Positions 39,706 through 50,177 of a DNA stretch of 64,000 nt are shown piece after piece (positions within the stretch are counted from its first letter, which is position 1; every line of letters begins with the position of its first letter). Origin of the DNA: a virus. The DNA is taken from positions 64,001 to 128,000 of the IMG/VR virus record IMGVR_UViG_3300027896_000001; one strand, 5' to 3'. The notes below the pieces were generated by a model. It saw only the letters and a list, made by a program, of their open reading frames with translations, did no database searches and was not told the DNA's origin. Both the position numbers and the translations under genes were made by a program.

Positions 39706-39720
39706 ATAATTGTTATTACA
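39706..39720 (-). promoter_or_regulatory. Phage promoter-like motif TGNNATAACWATWW upstream of the RT operon
   Basis: One of 7 copies found upstream of minus-strand units. Confidence 0.6.
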
Positions 39721-39769
39721 AAACAAAGTTTAAAATAACACAAGGAATAGAGAAAACAAAAGAGAGGAT

Positions 39770-40123
39770 TTATCTCAATGTTTTTCTTATTGGAAGGTGG
39801 GAAAGGCGTCTGTCTTCAAGATGGCTTAAATCAGTTGTAGACTCTGCTACGACCTGCTGAGTGTCGGAATCCATGGGCTTGCCTATTATCCCTTCATCCT
39901 GGTGTAAAGGCTGTACATCGGCATTTGAGCGGGCTTTATGAATGGTTCCCTGCAGGTTCCTGCTATTTCTGCTGTAAGTTTTTATACCGGTCACAGCTTT
40001 AGGATTGTGTTTAGTTGAAGTTTTAACTGTATTTATAGAGGAACTTTCACTTGTCGAGGAAATAGATTTTGCTATTTTCTCTATCAGTAATTTGTTATTA
40101 ATCAAATATGAAAGATTTATCAT
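39770..40123 (-). CDS. Hypothetical protein
   Basis: Contains IEKIA motif. Confidence 0.55.
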   Translation of the reverse strand: MINLSYLINNKLLIEKIAKSISSTSESSSINTVKTSTKHNPKAVTGIKTYSRNSRNLQGTIHKARSNADVQPLHQDEGIIGKPMDSDTQQVVAESTTDLSHLEDRRLSHLPIRKTLR

Positions 40124-40193
40124 AAATTTTGTTTCTTATTAAAAAGGCGTAATAGTTTTCTATTACGCCTTCGATATATAAGCAAAAAACTGA

Positions 40194-41459
40194 TTACTTT
40201 TTTTCTGTGGCTTTCGCGCCAACTACTCCCGCTCCTGCGCCACCAGCGGCAAGGCCCGCGCCTATTGTCACTGGATGTTTCGCAAGTCCTTTAACGGCTT
40301 CCATGCGGTTGGGCCCCAGACTCTTGATCATTTCTTCATTCACCATCTGCCCTCTTCCCGTTCCTACTTTGTATTTCTGGTGGCCGCCCTTCATGAGCTT
40401 TGTAAGTCTTGCCGCCTCTGATTTTTCTGCAGAAGAGGAACCCATTACCGCTCTCCTCAAAAGTCCGCCGTAACCTTTAAAAGGATTTGCGCCGAGTTTT
40501 TCAAGCTCGTCGCGCATGGCTTCTTGGCGAATCATGTCATAAACACTGTCTGAAGACTCTTTCTCCATCAGTGCGCGTGCTCCCATGACTCCGCCTGCGC
40601 CAGCCCCTGCGCCGGCTGTCCCGTAAACAAGAGGATTTTTTGCAATGTTTTTGAGGTTCTCGCCGGCTGCTCCACGAAGACTCTTCCTCACCCACGACGG
40701 AATGGATTGATAAGCCTGTTCGCCTTTTCCGGTACGAATATTTTTTTTCACATCCTTGGAAAACCCTTTTCCAAGCTTTCCTTTCATCGGGCCGTATTTC
40801 GGAGCATGGAAAGAGGCTCCCATATTCCTGAAAAATTCTGCAGTCTCGTGCATGAGCCTGCTTGCAACATTGGCCTTTTTTGCACCGAACTTATCAAGAG
40901 CGGATTCTTTTTCCATCAATGCTGTACCGCCCGCGGCCCCGCCGGCGCCGATTCCAAGCGCGCCTGCGCCAATGGTAATTGGATTTTTCCCGAGTTCTTT
41001 GAGATGGGACATGCGCTGATGTTTGAAACCCTGTTCGACCCACTTGGGATAGAATTGGCCACCTTTCCTTGCGCTCACTATCTTTTTGATGGCCTCCTTA
41101 TCTGGACCTGAAAAAACGCCTTTTACGTGCGCGCCAAATTCCCCGACGGCCTTTGGCATTTTGAAACCGAGTTTTTCCAAAACAATACCAGCGGCATTGG
41201 ACAGATCTTCCTGAGTGATTTCAGCTGACTTTTCCACGTTTGCCTCCTGTAATCCGCGATCATAGAACTCGCGGGCGATTTGTTGGTTTTCTATTTCATT
41301 TTGTTCTGAGAATGCTTGAGTTAATGCGTTGGCGGCTTTTTTGGCTCCTACTCTTTTACCGGCTTTATATCCACCAAATCCAGCCCCACCTGCAGCAGCA
41401 GTTACGGCGAGTGTTTTTGCAACGGTTCCAAGAGTACCTCCTATTTTTTCTTGAGCCAT
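40194..41459 (-). CDS. Gly/Ala-rich repeat protein, probable internal virion protein
   Basis: Three modules of (E/D)K(L/F)G..K(N/H)P..GAG-rich helix..EK; terminator-like hairpin at 40143-40172. Confidence 0.6.
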   Translation of the reverse strand: MAQEKIGGTLGTVAKTLAVTAAAGGAGFGGYKAGKRVGAKKAANALTQAFSEQNEIENQQIAREFYDRGLQEANVEKSAEITQEDLSNAAGIVLEKLGFKMPKAVGEFGAHVKGVFSGPDKEAIKKIVSARKGGQFYPKWVEQGFKHQRMSHLKELGKNPITIGAGALGIGAGGAAGGTALMEKESALDKFGAKKANVASRLMHETAEFFRNMGASFHAPKYGPMKGKLGKGFSKDVKKNIRTGKGEQAYQSIPSWVRKSLRGAAGENLKNIAKNPLVYGTAGAGAGAGGVMGARALMEKESSDSVYDMIRQEAMRDELEKLGANPFKGYGGLLRRAVMGSSSAEKSEAARLTKLMKGGHQKYKVGTGRGQMVNEEMIKSLGPNRMEAVKGLAKHPVTIGAGLAAGGAGAGVVGAKATEKK

Positions 41460-41621
41460 ATATTCCGTCCTTTGATTTTTTTTTGGTTATATGGTATACT
41501 TAATATGGATAATATATATCGTACATGAGTTTAGGCGCAAATACAACTAATGGTAGAAACCTTTTACTAATGCCTTTAAAAATATTATATATTTCATAAT
41601 ATAAAGATTGCAACATAAATT

Positions 41622-42668
41622 ATGAACAAGATTCCATTCAAAAGGTTCATCATAATCTTTTTGCTCTTCAATAAGAGTATACAATTCATTATTGAAAAAC
41701 TCAAGGATTTTGGATATTTCATTACTGAAAAAGAAGTGTCTGACGTTTTTGAGGAATTAAAAGCCATACTTCCTGCTTCATTATCAGAGCTTATAAAAAA
41801 TGGCGGAGTTTTTCTTACCACTGATGAATCCCATGTTGAAAAATTAAAATACTTCGGAATCTTTGAATTTTATGATTTCATTTTAAGAAGAGATTCCGAT
41901 AAAAATCCTCCCGAATATTTTAAATGGTGTAGTGATTGTCTTTGGATACATAGTTACAAGGATGTCATGTGCCTTATTAATATACTTCTTTTTAATAATG
42001 AAAACATTGAAGAAATTTCAAAGATCATTACATTTAAATATAAAAAGAAAATAGGTGTAGATACAATTAAAATGTATCAAGACATTTTTTGGGACACCAC
42101 AACGATATCCGCAAAGGATGCTTTATACTTCTGTCTTCCTTTCAGAAACAACGCTCTTGTGATAAGAAAAATGCGAAGCGGAGAATCTGAAATAATGATG
42201 CATGAAGAGTGTGATGATGGCTCAGATGTTCCTTTTATATTTCATGACAATGGATATATTAAGTGGAAAATAGGATATAAAGAAGTAGAAATCCCTGATG
42301 CAAAAGGATTTATAAATCAAGTTAAAAAAGACAGTTATTATAAATATTATGAAGCAATGAATATGACTCAGAGTGTTGATTCTGAACATGAAGAAGGAAC
42401 AAACGATAGATTCGGCGCATTCGACAGGACTCTTACAAGAAAGAAAAACGTAGAAGAACAAAGAGTTAAAATGGCCAAAAACTGGCTTGATATTTTTATG
42501 AAAGCAAATGAAGTTACTTCAGATGATGGCCGGCATTCTGCTGATGATTTCTTTGAAAAAATGCAACAATTGGAATTGGATTTTGAAACCCCGGAGGATG
42601 AAAAGATAGCAAAAATATCCGAAGTCCCTGAAGTATTAAAGGATATAAAAGCGGATATGTCTCAATGA
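41622..42668 (+). CDS. Hypothetical protein, positional terminase small subunit candidate
   Basis: Overlaps the start of terL. Confidence 0.45.
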   Translation: MNKIPFKRFIIIFLLFNKSIQFIIEKLKDFGYFITEKEVSDVFEELKAILPASLSELIKNGGVFLTTDESHVEKLKYFGIFEFYDFILRRDSDKNPPEYFKWCSDCLWIHSYKDVMCLINILLFNNENIEEISKIITFKYKKKIGVDTIKMYQDIFWDTTTISAKDALYFCLPFRNNALVIRKMRSGESEIMMHEECDDGSDVPFIFHDNGYIKWKIGYKEVEIPDAKGFINQVKKDSYYKYYEAMNMTQSVDSEHEEGTNDRFGAFDRTLTRKKNVEEQRVKMAKNWLDIFMKANEVTSDDGRHSADDFFEKMQQLELDFETPEDEKIAKISEVPEVLKDIKADMSQ

Positions 42669-44305
42669 TTGTAACTCCTTCAATTTTTGCTACTAATATT
42701 TTTTGTCTTGATGGAGCGCCTTTAAAGCTTCCATTCAATTCAATGCGTCATCTTTTTCCAATTTACAATAGACCTTCCAGTGCTACTCTTTTACGATTTG
42801 CGCGACAAACTCACAAATCGACGACAGTGGCATTTAAAACAGCTCTTCCGTGTTTAAAATATGAAAACTACCATTCTCTTTATGTTGCGCCAACCGGCAA
42901 CCAGGTGTCAGTATTTTCTACTGATAAACTTGATAGCGCTATTAGAGGATCCGATGTAATTCGTGATAATTATACCAACACTCAAACAAAAGACCAGATT
43001 TTTTATAAAGAACTTTCCAATGGAAGCAAAATTTATTTAAGATCTGCTTTTCATTCCGCCGATGCAATTCGTGGTATATCAAGTGATCAGTGTTCCATTG
43101 ATGAGGTTCAGGATATTTGCAGTGACCATATTCCTGTCATAGAACAGTCTATGTCTCATAGTCTAGCAAAATGGGAGAACATGAAGGAAAGATTTCCAAA
43201 TCTTCCAATGCATTTGTTCAATAGCAGACTTTATGCAGGAACCCCAAAGACTATAGAAAATACAATGGAGCGTTATTGGGACAAATCAACTCAAAACGAA
43301 TGGATAATTAAATGCCAGAACCATGGATGTAAAAAATATAATTACATCGATGAGAATAATATTGGTTCAACTTGTTTAATATGTAGAAAATGCGGCAAAC
43401 CAATATTTTATGAAAATGGCCAATGGGTTTCAATGAATCCTTCTGGATTTATAGAAGGATATCGCCTTCCGCAAATTGTGTTGAAATGGATTAATAATAT
43501 AAACAATCCGCAGGCTTGGCAAATAAATGTAGTTAACACAAGACAAATTTATTCTGCAGAAAAATTTTTTAATGAAGTTTTGGCACTTGCTTACGCTGCT
43601 GCAAAACATCCAATAACAGTGTCAGAATTAATGGCGTGCTGTGATACATATGACATGGTTACCGAAGATACTCATGACGATAATAAGATGCTTCGAGGCG
43701 CAGAAATAGTTACTGCCGGTATAGATTGGGGAAAAGGAGATACAGCATCAGGAACATCTTATTCTGTTCTTACAATAGGAACATGGCATAAAGGAAAATT
43801 CAAAACTGTTTTTATGAAAAAATATATGGGAAGAATGTCAGACCCACTTGTTCAAGTAAAAGACATGTTAAGGATAATTTTAAAATTTGAAGTTAAATTA
43901 ACCATAGCAGATACAGGAGATGGACGAACATCAAACGCGATGATGGTTGAAACGCTTGGGCCTCAGAGATTTGCTGAATTATATGAACACGGAACAATAC
44001 GTCAAAAAATGAAGTGGGATAAAGAAAAAGGACATTATATAATTAATAGAACAAGAATCATTACAGATGTTATTATGGACATTAAACGCGCGAATGTTAA
44101 TTTTTTTAGTTATGATCAATTTAAGGAATTTCAATCGGATTTTACCGGTATTTATTCGGAATATAGTGAACGTACAAGAATGATGCGTTATGACCACAAT
44201 GTTCCAGATGACTGTTTTCACGCATGGATGTTTTCAAGAATAGCGGCAGGAATTTTAAGAGGAGAATATAATCGTTATTTATTTGGTGGAGTAAATGAAG
44301 ACTAA
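42665..44305 (+). CDS. terL: Terminase large subunit (lambda GpA-like)
   Basis: RQTHKST (Walker A), IDEVQD (Walker B), GTPK, Cys pairs, nuclease GIDWG..PDDCFHA. Confidence 0.85.
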   Translation: MIVTPSIFATNIFCLDGAPLKLPFNSMRHLFPIYNRPSSATLLRFARQTHKSTTVAFKTALPCLKYENYHSLYVAPTGNQVSVFSTDKLDSAIRGSDVIRDNYTNTQTKDQIFYKELSNGSKIYLRSAFHSADAIRGISSDQCSIDEVQDICSDHIPVIEQSMSHSLAKWENMKERFPNLPMHLFNSRLYAGTPKTIENTMERYWDKSTQNEWIIKCQNHGCKKYNYIDENNIGSTCLICRKCGKPIFYENGQWVSMNPSGFIEGYRLPQIVLKWINNINNPQAWQINVVNTRQIYSAEKFFNEVLALAYAAAKHPITVSELMACCDTYDMVTEDTHDDNKMLRGAEIVTAGIDWGKGDTASGTSYSVLTIGTWHKGKFKTVFMKKYMGRMSDPLVQVKDMLRIILKFEVKLTIADTGDGRTSNAMMVETLGPQRFAELYEHGTIRQKMKWDKEKGHYIINRTRIITDVIMDIKRANVNFFSYDQFKEFQSDFTGIYSEYSERTRMMRYDHNVPDDCFHAWMFSRIAAGILRGEYNRYLFGGVNED

Positions 44306-44316
44306 AGGAGGGATCA

Positions 44317-44532
44317 ATGCCATTTGAATCAAAATCACAAATGAAAGCCTGTTTTGCAAAGAAATCACGCGGAGAAGGAAAAGGGTGGAATTGCAAAGAA
44401 TGGGCGGAAGCAACTCCAAACCCCAAAGCGCTACCTGAACATGTTAAAAAAGCGGAACAAGAATTTATTGATTGTTTTTCAAAACTGGCTCAGTATCTTG
44501 TTCCAAAAATTACATCGCCGAAACAGGTTTAA
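44317..44532 (+). CDS. Small hypothetical protein
   Basis: AAGGAGG RBS; MPFESKSQMK..EWAEATP..LPEHV. Confidence 0.65.
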   Translation: MPFESKSQMKACFAKKSRGEGKGWNCKEWAEATPNPKALPEHVKKAEQEFIDCFSKLAQYLVPKITSPKQV

Positions 44533-44911
44533 TAAGCCCAGCTTCTTTAATATAAATTTCAGGATTGATTTGAAGAACTTGGTTCCCTTTAATAACTGAG
44601 TCCATTCCTTGATGTCTTAATGCGGCTAATGAAAGAATTTCCTTTACAGTATCATCGAATAATTTATCATATTGTTCAACGGATTTTTGATATTCAGCAA
44701 GATCGGTTCTTCGAAATTCATTAATGAGGTTGTTTTTAACCTGAACAAGAGCATCAAATGGAATACGTCCATTTGCCACAACTCGTTCAAATAATTTAGC
44801 CACGTATGCTTTGAAAATGTCTACCAGAAGCTCGTGGCGATCAAGTTTAGGGTCTGCATTAAAAATTGAATTTTTCAGTTCTTTTTGAAAATTGTACTCT
44901 GAATTTGACAT
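44510..44911 (-). CDS. Hypothetical protein
   Basis: 133-aa ORF. Confidence 0.6.
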   Translation of the reverse strand: MSNSEYNFQKELKNSIFNADPKLDRHELLVDIFKAYVAKLFERVVANGRIPFDALVQVKNNLINEFRRTDLAEYQKSVEQYDKLFDDTVKEILSLAALRHQGMDSVIKGNQVLQINPEIYIKEAGLIKPVSAM

Positions 44912-45043
44912 GTTGCCACCCTTTCCATGTATGAGGTACGATTAAAATATACAACTTAAGATTCATTATTTCAACAGAATTTGTTGATAGTTTCAATATA
45001 TAATGTTATATTTTTCTTATAGACCACAACCTGTAGGGGCTTT

Positions 45044-45487
45044 ATGGAAAATCAAAATTCGAATATAATGGCGTTTCTTTATGTGATGGAAAAGGATGCG
45101 GGCTTTTTACAAGCGGCTTCAAGCCCAATCCTAAGATTCGCAAAAGGCGCTTTTACAAAAGCGCGTCCAACTGGAGAATGGAAATCAGGAACTTTTTCTG
45201 CAGGAAGAAATGTAAGAAAATTTGTAAAAAAACAAATTACCGATCCTGTCGCAAGCGCCTTCAAACGAAATCCTGAAAAAATGAAAGCCTACAATCAGGA
45301 AATAAAAACCTGGCAAAAAAATAAACCGAAAAAACCGTTAAGCCCCGCTGCGCAAAGAGGCAAAGATGTAGTAGGCAGTGTGCTTGAAACTGGCGCGATT
45401 GTGGGAGGAATAGGGGCGTTAGGCGCCGGCTATGGGATGGCGACAGCAAAACCGGACATATCTAACGTTATCGGAAACCAAGGATAA
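45044..45487 (+). CDS. Putative virion protein
   Basis: MEKDA motif; Gly-rich hydrophobic C-terminus. Confidence 0.6.
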   Translation: MENQNSNIMAFLYVMEKDAGFLQAASSPILRFAKGAFTKARPTGEWKSGTFSAGRNVRKFVKKQITDPVASAFKRNPEKMKAYNQEIKTWQKNKPKKPLSPAAQRGKDVVGSVLETGAIVGGIGALGAGYGMATAKPDISNVIGNQG

Positions 45488-46338
45488 TGTCAGAAATAAT
45501 TCAGAATATAAAAGAAATTGCACATAAAGTTTCCGAAGATTACTTGTTGTTCGGAAAGGATATGAACGAAGCCCTTATTTCTGCATATGAGGGTGGGGAA
45601 ATAGAAAATGAAGAAGTTTTAAAAAGGATTTGTGAACATGCAAATCAAAATGTTTATCTTGGTTTATTTAACGATCCGGCAACCAACAAGGCAAATATAG
45701 CCTTTAAAATAGCAGACTATAATTCCATCATCCCAATAATAAGGGAAAGTGAGAACGCCATGAATGCATTAAATACTCCTCCAGAAGATTTCAGGAAAAA
45801 ATTGTCGACTACTGTAGAGGCAGAGCCAGAAGAAGAAGGCGCCGAAGAGAGCGAGCCGGAAAACAAATTCGGATTGCAAAAGCAATCAGAACTTCAGACT
45901 GTCATTGAATATAGAAATGCAATCAAAAATCTTCTCGACAAAGTTGATATGATGAAGTGCGCAGAAGAAAAGGTCGCAGAGGAAGCGTTTAACAAGATGA
46001 ATAAGGACGCGAGAATCCTTGTAGCAAAAGGAGATTCTCTCGGAGATATATCAAAAATCGCGGTACGCTGTGTCAAAGAAAAGGGCGGAGATTTTGAAAA
46101 GATAGCGCAGGCGTACGATCTTATTCACAAAGACCTGACTGATAACGGGTTTTATGTGAATACCGAGTTTACAAAAATATCTTCAATGAAAATACGGTAT
46201 GATTCTGAAATCCTGAAACCGGTCAATGATTTTTCAATGGCGATTATGAAGATTGCAGGTTTTCAGGAAATGAGAATGAATCTCGCAAATACCGTTGCTG
46301 TTTTTGACAAGGAAATAAAAAAAGAACTTAAAAAATAA
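45487..46338 (+). CDS. Putative virion protein
   Basis: Translationally coupled; in the head cluster. Confidence 0.65.
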   Translation: MSEIIQNIKEIAHKVSEDYLLFGKDMNEALISAYEGGEIENEEVLKRICEHANQNVYLGLFNDPATNKANIAFKIADYNSIIPIIRESENAMNALNTPPEDFRKKLSTTVEAEPEEEGAEESEPENKFGLQKQSELQTVIEYRNAIKNLLDKVDMMKCAEEKVAEEAFNKMNKDARILVAKGDSLGDISKIAVRCVKEKGGDFEKIAQAYDLIHKDLTDNGFYVNTEFTKISSMKIRYDSEILKPVNDFSMAIMKIAGFQEMRMNLANTVAVFDKEIKKELKK

Positions 46339-47063
46339 TGAACATTCCTACTGAAAATATTAAGGATAAATTAGACGACCTGCAGGCCGCTGAAAGAGTT
46401 TTTATATTGAAAAAAGTGGCACCGGCTCCGACTGAAAAAAAAGTTAACACTGATTTTAAAACAAGAGCATTATTGGCCGGATTAGCAGGCATACCTACTG
46501 GGGCCGCGGCGTTCGCATTGTCAAAACTTTTCCGTGCAGGTAAAATGGGAAATGTAATGGCTTTAGGAACTTTGGCGTCTGGAACGGCGGCTGGAGCGTT
46601 TATTCCTGATATTTATAATACAATGATTTTAAATCGACAAAACAAAATTAGTGATATTGAATTAAGAAAAAGATATAAATCGTATATTCAGCAACAACCG
46701 TCTTTCGATTATTTTACAAAAGAAGCTGCCAGAGGAAGAGGGCTTGCAAGAGGAGTCGGCAGTATAATTGGCGGTACAGCACGACTGGGAGGAAAAGTAG
46801 TCAGAACGACATTGGGAGCATTAAATCCATTTGTGCCTAAAAAAATGCCATTAGGAAAAAAAGTTTTTAGATATACTGTACAGGGCGCTGCTGCGGGAGG
46901 TGTGGGTTACGGGATGGTCAACGCCGGCCGCGCCATAACAAGGCCAGGTTCTCAAGGAGATTATAATACGCATTTAAGAAACAACCTTCTTGCTGGAAAC
47001 ATATCTCCAAATGAAATTTCTCCTATGGAACAACGAGGGGTTGCTGAACTGGGGACAAGATGA
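46338..47063 (+). CDS. Putative virion protein with hydrophobic segments
   Basis: KKVA and TKEAA motifs. Confidence 0.6.
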   Translation: MNIPTENIKDKLDDLQAAERVFILKKVAPAPTEKKVNTDFKTRALLAGLAGIPTGAAAFALSKLFRAGKMGNVMALGTLASGTAAGAFIPDIYNTMILNRQNKISDIELRKRYKSYIQQQPSFDYFTKEAARGRGLARGVGSIIGGTARLGGKVVRTTLGALNPFVPKKMPLGKKVFRYTVQGAAAGGVGYGMVNAGRAITRPGSQGDYNTHLRNNLLAGNISPNEISPMEQRGVAELGTR

Positions 47064-47314
47064 AAATAAAATACTGGTTACCATTTTTCAGAAATGAACT
47101 TGAAAAAATAGCCATACCAATGATGCCTGTTCTTATGGGAGGCCTCACGGTAATGCAGACAAAAGGCGATATAACTGAAACAAGAAAACAAAACAAACTT
47201 GAACCATTAAGGCAGAAAGAGCAATCTTTACAAACACCAGGATCAAATCAGTATCAATTCGAAGGTGGAAAAAGAATTGACAATCAAGCAGCCACAGCTG
47301 CAAACTTATATTAA
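47060..47314 (+). CDS. Putative virion protein
   Basis: FRNELEKIA motif. Confidence 0.6.
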   Translation: MKIKYWLPFFRNELEKIAIPMMPVLMGGLTVMQTKGDITETRKQNKLEPLRQKEQSLQTPGSNQYQFEGGKRIDNQAATAANLY

Positions 47315-47325
47315 AGGGAGACACT

Positions 47326-47874
47326 ATGTCAAACGGAATAAAAGAAGCAGCAGACACTCTTTTAAAAAGTGGAAAAATCACGAAGGAAGAATATGATTCT
47401 CTTGATTTCGAAAAGGTGGCTGTAAAACTTAATTCACTTGAACGTTATGGAAAATTTGTAAAAACATTGTGGCCGATACCGGTTACTATAGGAGCAGGTG
47501 TTCTTGCTAAAGAACTCATTGTTGATCCAATAGTCGCTAATCAACAAATAAACGCTTCTTACAAATCACTTGCAGAAAAAACTCCGCAATTAGCCGGAGA
47601 AGATCAGGCAAAAATAAGAGACTATTTTGATGTTGTAAGAACATATTCTCCTCATTCAGCGGCAAATCCTCTTGTGGCTGGCGCGCTCGTTAATAAAATG
47701 ATTCAATTTGGCGGCGTCGATCATAAGTTGATACAGGATATCATAGCAATACAAGAAGGCAAATCAGCTCTCAATGTTCTTCCTCCTGTTATAACTGAAG
47801 GGGCGAAAACTCTTGCAAAAGCTTCGGGTGGAGGAGATAAAACAACATCTATAATTAATAAAATATATCCATAA
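47326..47874 (+). CDS. Putative virion protein
   Basis: IKEAA and FEKVA motifs. Confidence 0.65.
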   Translation: MSNGIKEAADTLLKSGKITKEEYDSLDFEKVAVKLNSLERYGKFVKTLWPIPVTIGAGVLAKELIVDPIVANQQINASYKSLAEKTPQLAGEDQAKIRDYFDVVRTYSPHSAANPLVAGALVNKMIQFGGVDHKLIQDIIAIQEGKSALNVLPPVITEGAKTLAKASGGGDKTTSIINKIYP

Positions 47875-47876
47875 TT

Positions 47877-48212
47877 ATGAATACAATAAAAACACTTCGA
47901 ATAGCAATGGAAAAAGACGCATCTCTTCCAGGAGATATGGCTAAGGGTGTTTATAATTTTGTAAAAAAACAAAACCCTTGGGTTGTATTAGGTGGAACGG
48001 CAGGGTTAATAGGAGCCGGCGCATTAGCGACATATGCGGCTAAAAAAGTTCTTCCTACATTTCTTATATGGGATCAAAGCCGAAAAAACGAAGCAATGGA
48101 TTACCAAACAATGCTATTAAGACAAATAGCTGATTCTGTAGAAAAGCCCGCGGCCTTACAGCCTCCAGGGACAGTTCCGGCGCAAAAATTACTGGTTGAA
48201 CCTTTAGAATAG
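47877..48212 (+). CDS. Putative virion protein
   Basis: MEKDA motif plus a hydrophobic helix. Confidence 0.6.
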   Translation: MNTIKTLRIAMEKDASLPGDMAKGVYNFVKKQNPWVVLGGTAGLIGAGALATYAAKKVLPTFLIWDQSRKNEAMDYQTMLLRQIADSVEKPAALQPPGTVPAQKLLVEPLE

Positions 48213-48215
48213 AAT

Positions 48216-50177
48216 ATGATTAAATTCGTTGAATACGAAGCGTTTGATGAACATGGACAACATATTGTTCCTGTGAACAGTTTATATCATATGAACAAGG
48301 TTGCCTCTGGTTCATATTCTCCAGAATTAATGAAAGTAATTCTGAATATGAAGCGTAGACAGGATCGGTACTATGTTGTCATTAACGCATTAGGTTCGTA
48401 TGAAATATGGGGGTGCAATAGAAATGGTGATGCATTTCCTGAAATAGGATTAACTCATAAATCCTTAAGAACAGATATGGGAACACCAAATGATTATGGA
48501 TATAAAACTTTTGAATATTACGCAAGACTTTACAAGCATCATGTAAATAAAGATCCTAATAATTCTTTCGGAGAAATAGTATTTGCACACTGGAATCCCG
48601 TCACGCATCGAGTTGAGCTTATTGTTGCTATTAACATGGAGAATGGAAAAGATATTATAGACGCCCTTGAAAAGCAACAACAAGTAGCTGTGTCGATGGG
48701 ATGTAAGGTAAAATGGGACCGATGCAGTATATGCGGAAACAAAGCGGCTACGAGAGAAAAATACTGCAAGCATCTCAAAGACTATATGAGAGAAGTTGTT
48801 GATAAGGATTTGTCTGAAATATGGTCAACAGAAACTGGTCGAAGAATTATTCCTGGAATGCAGGTTTTTGCCTACAATGATTTTCCAAGATTTTTTGATA
48901 TATCCAGAGTCTATATCGGCGCAGACAGAACATCATACATACTTGGAAAAGCGGCGTCAAAGGGATATACCGCCTATTCAGCAGACATTGCCGACGCATT
49001 AGGCGTCACTGATAAAATGATTGATAAATTAGCAATAGTCGGGAAACAAGGTGAAATAGAAAAAGAACTTGGCGGAGCTGTCAGCGAAAGCGACATTGAT
49101 AAGCCTGACACTGACGGTTCAGTTTCAAATATCGAGGAAATGAATGTAATAAGAAAAGCCCTTGATGAAAAAATAAGACACACAATAGCCGCAGAACCGA
49201 AACTTCCAAATAATTTACTGGATTCGATGTCTGCGTCTTTACCTTTAGAAACAATTTTTTCTACTTTATTCGGACTCGGAATACACCCGAAACCGGTTGA
49301 ATTCCAAAGAATCATCCTTGTAAAAATAAACCAAAAACCTCTTGCTGATGAACTTGAGGAAAATAATACGGTTTTTGATTACAATGATGATTCAGAAACC
49401 ACTCCTATTGAGTTGTCTAATTCTGATTTCAGCGACACTCTTGGGAAAGCGCTCACTCCATTTCTTCAGGAGAGAAGTTGCTTTCCAAGCATGCTTGGAC
49501 CAAGAATACGCGCTGTTATCATCAAGACAGCTCAATTAAATAGGAATGGCCAACCTTGGCCGGAAACGGAAAAAAAGGAAATGAGAATTGATCCTAGGCT
49601 TGCTGCTCTGGGAGGGTTAGCTGCACTATATTCTGGATTAAAATTAAAGGCGCTCGGTTATGGAGCAAAGGATTTGGCAGCAATTTTTGCCAATAAACCT
49701 TGGTTAAGAACTCTTTTTGGCGGAAGTGTAATGTGGAAAATTTATGATGAAATTGATAAGGGAAATATAGAAAATCAAGCATTACCTTCTGCAACCGCTT
49801 ACGCCAATATTTTACAGAATACAAATCTTTCAGGGCATATTGTTAAACAAGCAGCTCGTTTTATCAAGCCTAAATTCAGGACAGACCTTGGCAATTCTTT
49901 AGGATATGGGCTCCTTACAAGCGCAGTTGCGCTTCCATCAGCCTATGTCGCAAACGCCTGGAATCAGAAGTCAATGTATGAAAAAGGTGTTGAAGTCTTT
50001 CCAGGCGCAAACAAATTAACATCCAATCCCATAAGCACCGCCATAGTTGGCGGAGGTGGAATTGCAGCGGCTCATTATGGTGGAACTAAAATGATTGATA
50101 AGATAATGGGGCCCAAATTTGTAGACAGGGCTGGAAAAGTAATTAAGAGCGGAATAAAGAATGTCTTGAAAAGGTAA
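48216..50177 (+). CDS. Prohead maturation protease with long C-terminal extension
   Basis: NRNGDAFP, HHVNKD, VSMGC..CSICGN..CKHL, FFDISRV..AD; upstream of scaffold and capsid genes. Confidence 0.7.
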   Translation: MIKFVEYEAFDEHGQHIVPVNSLYHMNKVASGSYSPELMKVILNMKRRQDRYYVVINALGSYEIWGCNRNGDAFPEIGLTHKSLRTDMGTPNDYGYKTFEYYARLYKHHVNKDPNNSFGEIVFAHWNPVTHRVELIVAINMENGKDIIDALEKQQQVAVSMGCKVKWDRCSICGNKAATREKYCKHLKDYMREVVDKDLSEIWSTETGRRIIPGMQVFAYNDFPRFFDISRVYIGADRTSYILGKAASKGYTAYSADIADALGVTDKMIDKLAIVGKQGEIEKELGGAVSESDIDKPDTDGSVSNIEEMNVIRKALDEKIRHTIAAEPKLPNNLLDSMSASLPLETIFSTLFGLGIHPKPVEFQRIILVKINQKPLADELEENNTVFDYNDDSETTPIELSNSDFSDTLGKALTPFLQERSCFPSMLGPRIRAVIIKTAQLNRNGQPWPETEKKEMRIDPRLAALGGLAALYSGLKLKALGYGAKDLAAIFANKPWLRTLFGGSVMWKIYDEIDKGNIENQALPSATAYANILQNTNLSGHIVKQAARFIKPKFRTDLGNSLGYGLLTSAVALPSAYVANAWNQKSMYEKGVEVFPGANKLTSNPISTAIVGGGGIAAAHYGGTKMIDKIMGPKFVDRAGKVIKSGIKNVLKR

